Assembly (NCBI RefSeq): GCF_009914755.1 | Contig: NC_060935.1 | Origin: the human T2T-CHM13v2.0 reference genome, Homo sapiens | DNA length: 64,000 nucleotides | Strand: one strand, 5' to 3' | Shown: piece after piece, positions 60,715-64,000 of the stretch | Layout: each line of letters begins with the position of its first letter | Position numbering within the stretch: the first letter of the stretch is position 1 | Program-made: the position numbers and the translations under genes | The notes under the pieces: model-generated | What the model saw: only the letters and a program-made list of their open reading frames with translations | Told to the model about the DNA's origin: nothing | The model's database searches: none

Positions 60715-61118
60715 TGTCATTGACTGGTTCCCCAGGAAACTGAAACTGAAATGGAGATCTGTGTACACAGGTCATTTCTTAGGGAGTATTCTCAAGAACA
60801 ATACCTACAAGGAAGTGAGGGAAGAAGATGGATGGGCCAGAGAGAAGTTGAACTCAGATGTGTTTGCAACTGAGGCCTCAGCTGATCACAGAAGGAGCAG
60901 GGGCTCTAGAAAGTTCAATGATATTCTGTATTGAGGTAAGAGGACTGAGCCTTTCTATCTTTACTCTGACCAGTCATTGGATGCAAACAGCTTTTGGGAA
61001 GGGTGCATAACCTTAGGCAAGGTGTCACTTTTTGCTGTATAGTACTTCCTGGAAAGGGACTACTCAGTTGTGGACAATCAGTTGGCAACACAAGTTGGCC
61101 ACTGCAGCACCTGCTACA
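60715..61118 (-). mobile_element. LTR16A-like ERVL LTR
   Basis: ggttccccaggaa...tggagat...agagagaagttgaact...gaggcctcagctgatc...gaccagtcattggatg...cataaccttaggcaagg. Confidence 0.75.
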
Positions 61119-61387
61119 CCAGTGTGAAGCTTTATTGTCCATATTTAAAATCTAGTTTTCCATTCATGATGTGTGACTTAGTTACCACGTCTGGAAATGA
61201 ATATAAAATATGACTTACTTCACAGTTTCAAGAATAAAATACAGATAAAGCCTCTGAAATAGTGACTAGCTTATAGTAAGCAATTAGTAAGTACTTTTAT
61301 AAAATATCTTTATAGCCACGGCCTTTTTATAAAATATCTACAGCTAGGGCTTTCTAAATATGGCTAACAGGGTCAAGTATCTACTAT

Positions 61388-62084
61388 TATAGCTGGTCCT
61401 CATGATTCATTGATTCCATATTTACAAATTCTCCTGCTCTCTGAATTTTATTTGTAACTCCCAAATCAATACTCACAGTGCTTCAATGGGCATTCAGGAA
61501 CATGCACAGAGTAGCAAAAAAGCACAGAATAACCCAAGATATGCATTCCCAGCTGAGGTCCAACAAGGTGGTGCTCTGCCCTATTGTTTCAGCTTTCACA
61601 CTGTAAATATGTCCTTTCCATTGCCTATTTAGTTCTTTGTTTTTTACATCTTTGTCCTTGTTGGTGGTGCTTAAAATGGCCCCCTGTTATGATATCATGA
61701 CTACTAAAACCCCCACTTTTGGTTAATTAAGCATCGTGCTTAATTGCTGTCTAGTGTACCTAAGTGCAAGAAGGCTGTGTAACACTTCATAGAGAATATA
61801 TGTGTGTGTTAAAAAGCTTCATTCAGGCATGAGTATAGAGCTGTTGGCCATTAGTCCAATGCTAGTGAGTCAACGGTAATTTTAAATAGGGTGTCTTTCA
61901 ATAGAGAACCATACAAAACATGGTTATGTATTGATCAGTTGACAAAAATGTGAGCTCAAGTTTGCAGGACACTAACTCTGTATATACCCTAGGAGCAATG
62001 GTCCAGTATTGGCTAAGTCAATGTTCACGAATGTTCATGGTAACTTTATAGAATGCAGCTACCACAAATAATAAGAATCAACTG
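61388..62084 (+). mobile_element. MER82 (Tigger-derived)
   Basis: tttatttgtaactcccaaatcaatactc...ttcccagctgaggtccaacaagg...aaaatggccccc...ctaagtgcaagaaggctgtg...ataagaatcaactg. Confidence 0.85.
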
Positions 62085-62159
62085 TAACAATAATAATAAA
62101 AGCAATAATAATATACTTTTTTTTTTCTAGTTCCAGGTATGTCACATTTATTTTCCGAG

Positions 62160-63187
62160 ATGCTGTTGATGCCCCATCTCAAATCCCTTAAGCCTATGGC
62201 TACATTTTCCTGAAGTCTTTGTAGATAATTTTTAATATGCTGATATCTCCCCACCTCAGAAACATGTGCCTCCTTGCCTGCGAAGTCTCTCTCCTGCACC
62301 CGAGAGCAGCCGAGAAATGTGAGCAAGTTAAAGCCCCAGGGACAGCTAACAAAAAAAAATGGGAGATTGTAAGTAAACACCCCAGCATCCCAGCACTCCA
62401 GAAATCTTGGGACTGATATAGAGACATAGTTTCTCAGAATTCCCCAGTCGAATTTAGGCATCATCATTTCTTGTAGGGATGACTCACTGTGCCAGCTAGC
62501 CTTGAAGATGGCTCCTAATGACCCTTGCCTCTTGGTAAATATGTTCTCTATATTCCCCTCTCATGTTAATTAGGGCTGATTGGTGTAGTCAACAGGATAC
62601 TAATGAAGTGATATTGTGTGACTTTTGATCATATGTCATTAAAGATATCAAGGCTTCAGCATTGGCCTCTCTTGTATCACTTGTTCTGGGGAAAGCCAGT
62701 TGCCATTTAATGAAATTATCTAATCAGTCCTATGGAGAGGTACATATGATGAAGAACTGAGACTTCCTCCCAAAAGCCAGCATCAGCATACCAACCATGT
62801 GGCTAAGCTACCCTGAAAGAAGATCCACCATCCCTAGTCAATCCTTCAGATGACTATGTCCTTGGCCCGCATCTTGATTTAAATTCATGAGAACCTCAGA
62901 ACCAAAACCACCGAGAACCACCAATCCAAGCTCAAATGAGAACCCCATGTGAATAGGACAAACATTTATTGCTGTTTTAAATTACTAAGTGTTGGGGTAA
63001 TCTGTTACATGACAGTAGATAACAAATACATCTATACATGAACACATATTTTATTGGATTTACTCCTTTTCTTCTCTCACTTAACCCATTCTCACATGTA
63101 CACTTCATAGCATCATCTCAGAAATAAACTATATATGCCCATGTCCTTATTCCAGAGTCTGCTTTTAGAGGAACTCAAACTTTGACT
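62160..63187 (+). mobile_element. LTR16B/C-like ERVL 5' LTR, split by MLT1F
   Basis: agttaaagccccagggacagc...gtaaacaccccagc...aaataaacta...gtctgcttttagaggaactcaaac. Confidence 0.65.
62488..63030 (+). mobile_element. MLT1F/G-like MaLR solo LTR
   Basis: tgtgccagctagccttgaagatggctcctaatgacc...tctggggaaagccag...ccttcagatgact...tctgttacatgacagtagataacaaataca. Confidence 0.85.
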
Positions 63188-64000
63188 CTTGGTACTAAGA
63201 AGGTTCTTAAAAGCAAATTCTTATGATGATATCCTGGAATTGAATCAATTATTAGTCAATGGGCCCCATTTCTGGTATTAAGTGGGGTGGTGGTATCTGG
63301 AAAGCTGATTACTAAAACTTCCACTTTTGGTTAATTAAGGATTAGGTAAAGGTAGAAAGAGATGTATTAGTTTGTGCAATAGCTCTAATTTTTGAATGAT
63401 ATTGGGGAAATGGTAAATACACACATACATGTCTATTTATTTATAGGTAAACTGACTTTCGTTAACTTTCCTAGAATGCTGAAGAAAGACAATGGCAAGA
63501 ATAGGTCAATTAACTATTCACTCAAGGTACTCAGTGAAAACCAGGAGGTATCTGTGTTAGAATTCAAAGAGATCTCCATTCCCTATAGCTGGAGTGTCTG
63601 GCCAAGAATTTAATCTTAAGTATAGCAGAGCTAAATAGAAGACAGTACACTGGTATCTCTCCTGTGCTAACGTGAAAGTCCAATTAGGAACATGCAATAG
63701 CTTTACATAAGGTGTGTGTCTCACAAAATGATGTATGACTTTCTCAACATCTATTCATGCTTTCTTTCATTGCCTCTAGACTAATAACTAGAATCAGCCC
63801 TCAGAATAACACAGATAATTAAAGTTTTGCTTTGGTAGCAAATGTTTTATTTACCCAAAGAACTACAGGATTTGGAAAGTACATACAAATAAGACTAGCG
63901 AGACACTTGGGGGAGTGGGTCTTAAAGATGTGGAATATGAGGCTGGATGGAGGAGCTTATTAGTATGGGAGTGCTCTCCCATAACTGTGGTTCAATATTC
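63188..64000 (+). mobile_element. ERVL internal region (ERV3-16A3-like) with disrupted gag, running off the window
   Basis: 63848-64000 translates, with stops and frameshifts, as YLPKELQDLESTYK*..EWVLKMW..NMRLD..ISMGVLS..FNI, similar to ERV-L Gag YTPKEL...YKQ...WEWILRVW...LD...FIDMG.LS...FN. Confidence 0.7.

Overview
AT-rich primate (human/ape-like) non-coding DNA, judged from AluY/S/J, L1PA and HERV-E LTR2. It is intergenic or deep intronic. I cannot support any protein-coding exon, RNA gene or CpG island; the listed ORFs are Alu or L1 remnants or short chance ORFs. Most of the window is nested transposon debris: two old L1s that keep their 5' ends (L1MA8/9-like on +, L1MD-like on -), younger L1PA copies, two 5'-inverted L1s, 13 Alus and 2 FLAM monomers, MaLR/ERVL/ERV1 LTRs, an ERVL gag remnant, and Tigger/Charlie/mariner MITEs. 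The main signal that repeat annotation does not explain is a set of at least six locally templated insertions. In each, 35-340 bp was copied in direct orientation from a donor 0.8-2.9 kb away, usually into a recognisable repeat. Junctions often carry microhomology or fold-back inverted copies of flanking DNA, and the two longest donor/copy pairs differ by an excess of transversions. This resembles fossil germline break repair by template switching. Subfamily names come from my recall of consensus sequences, not from a search.
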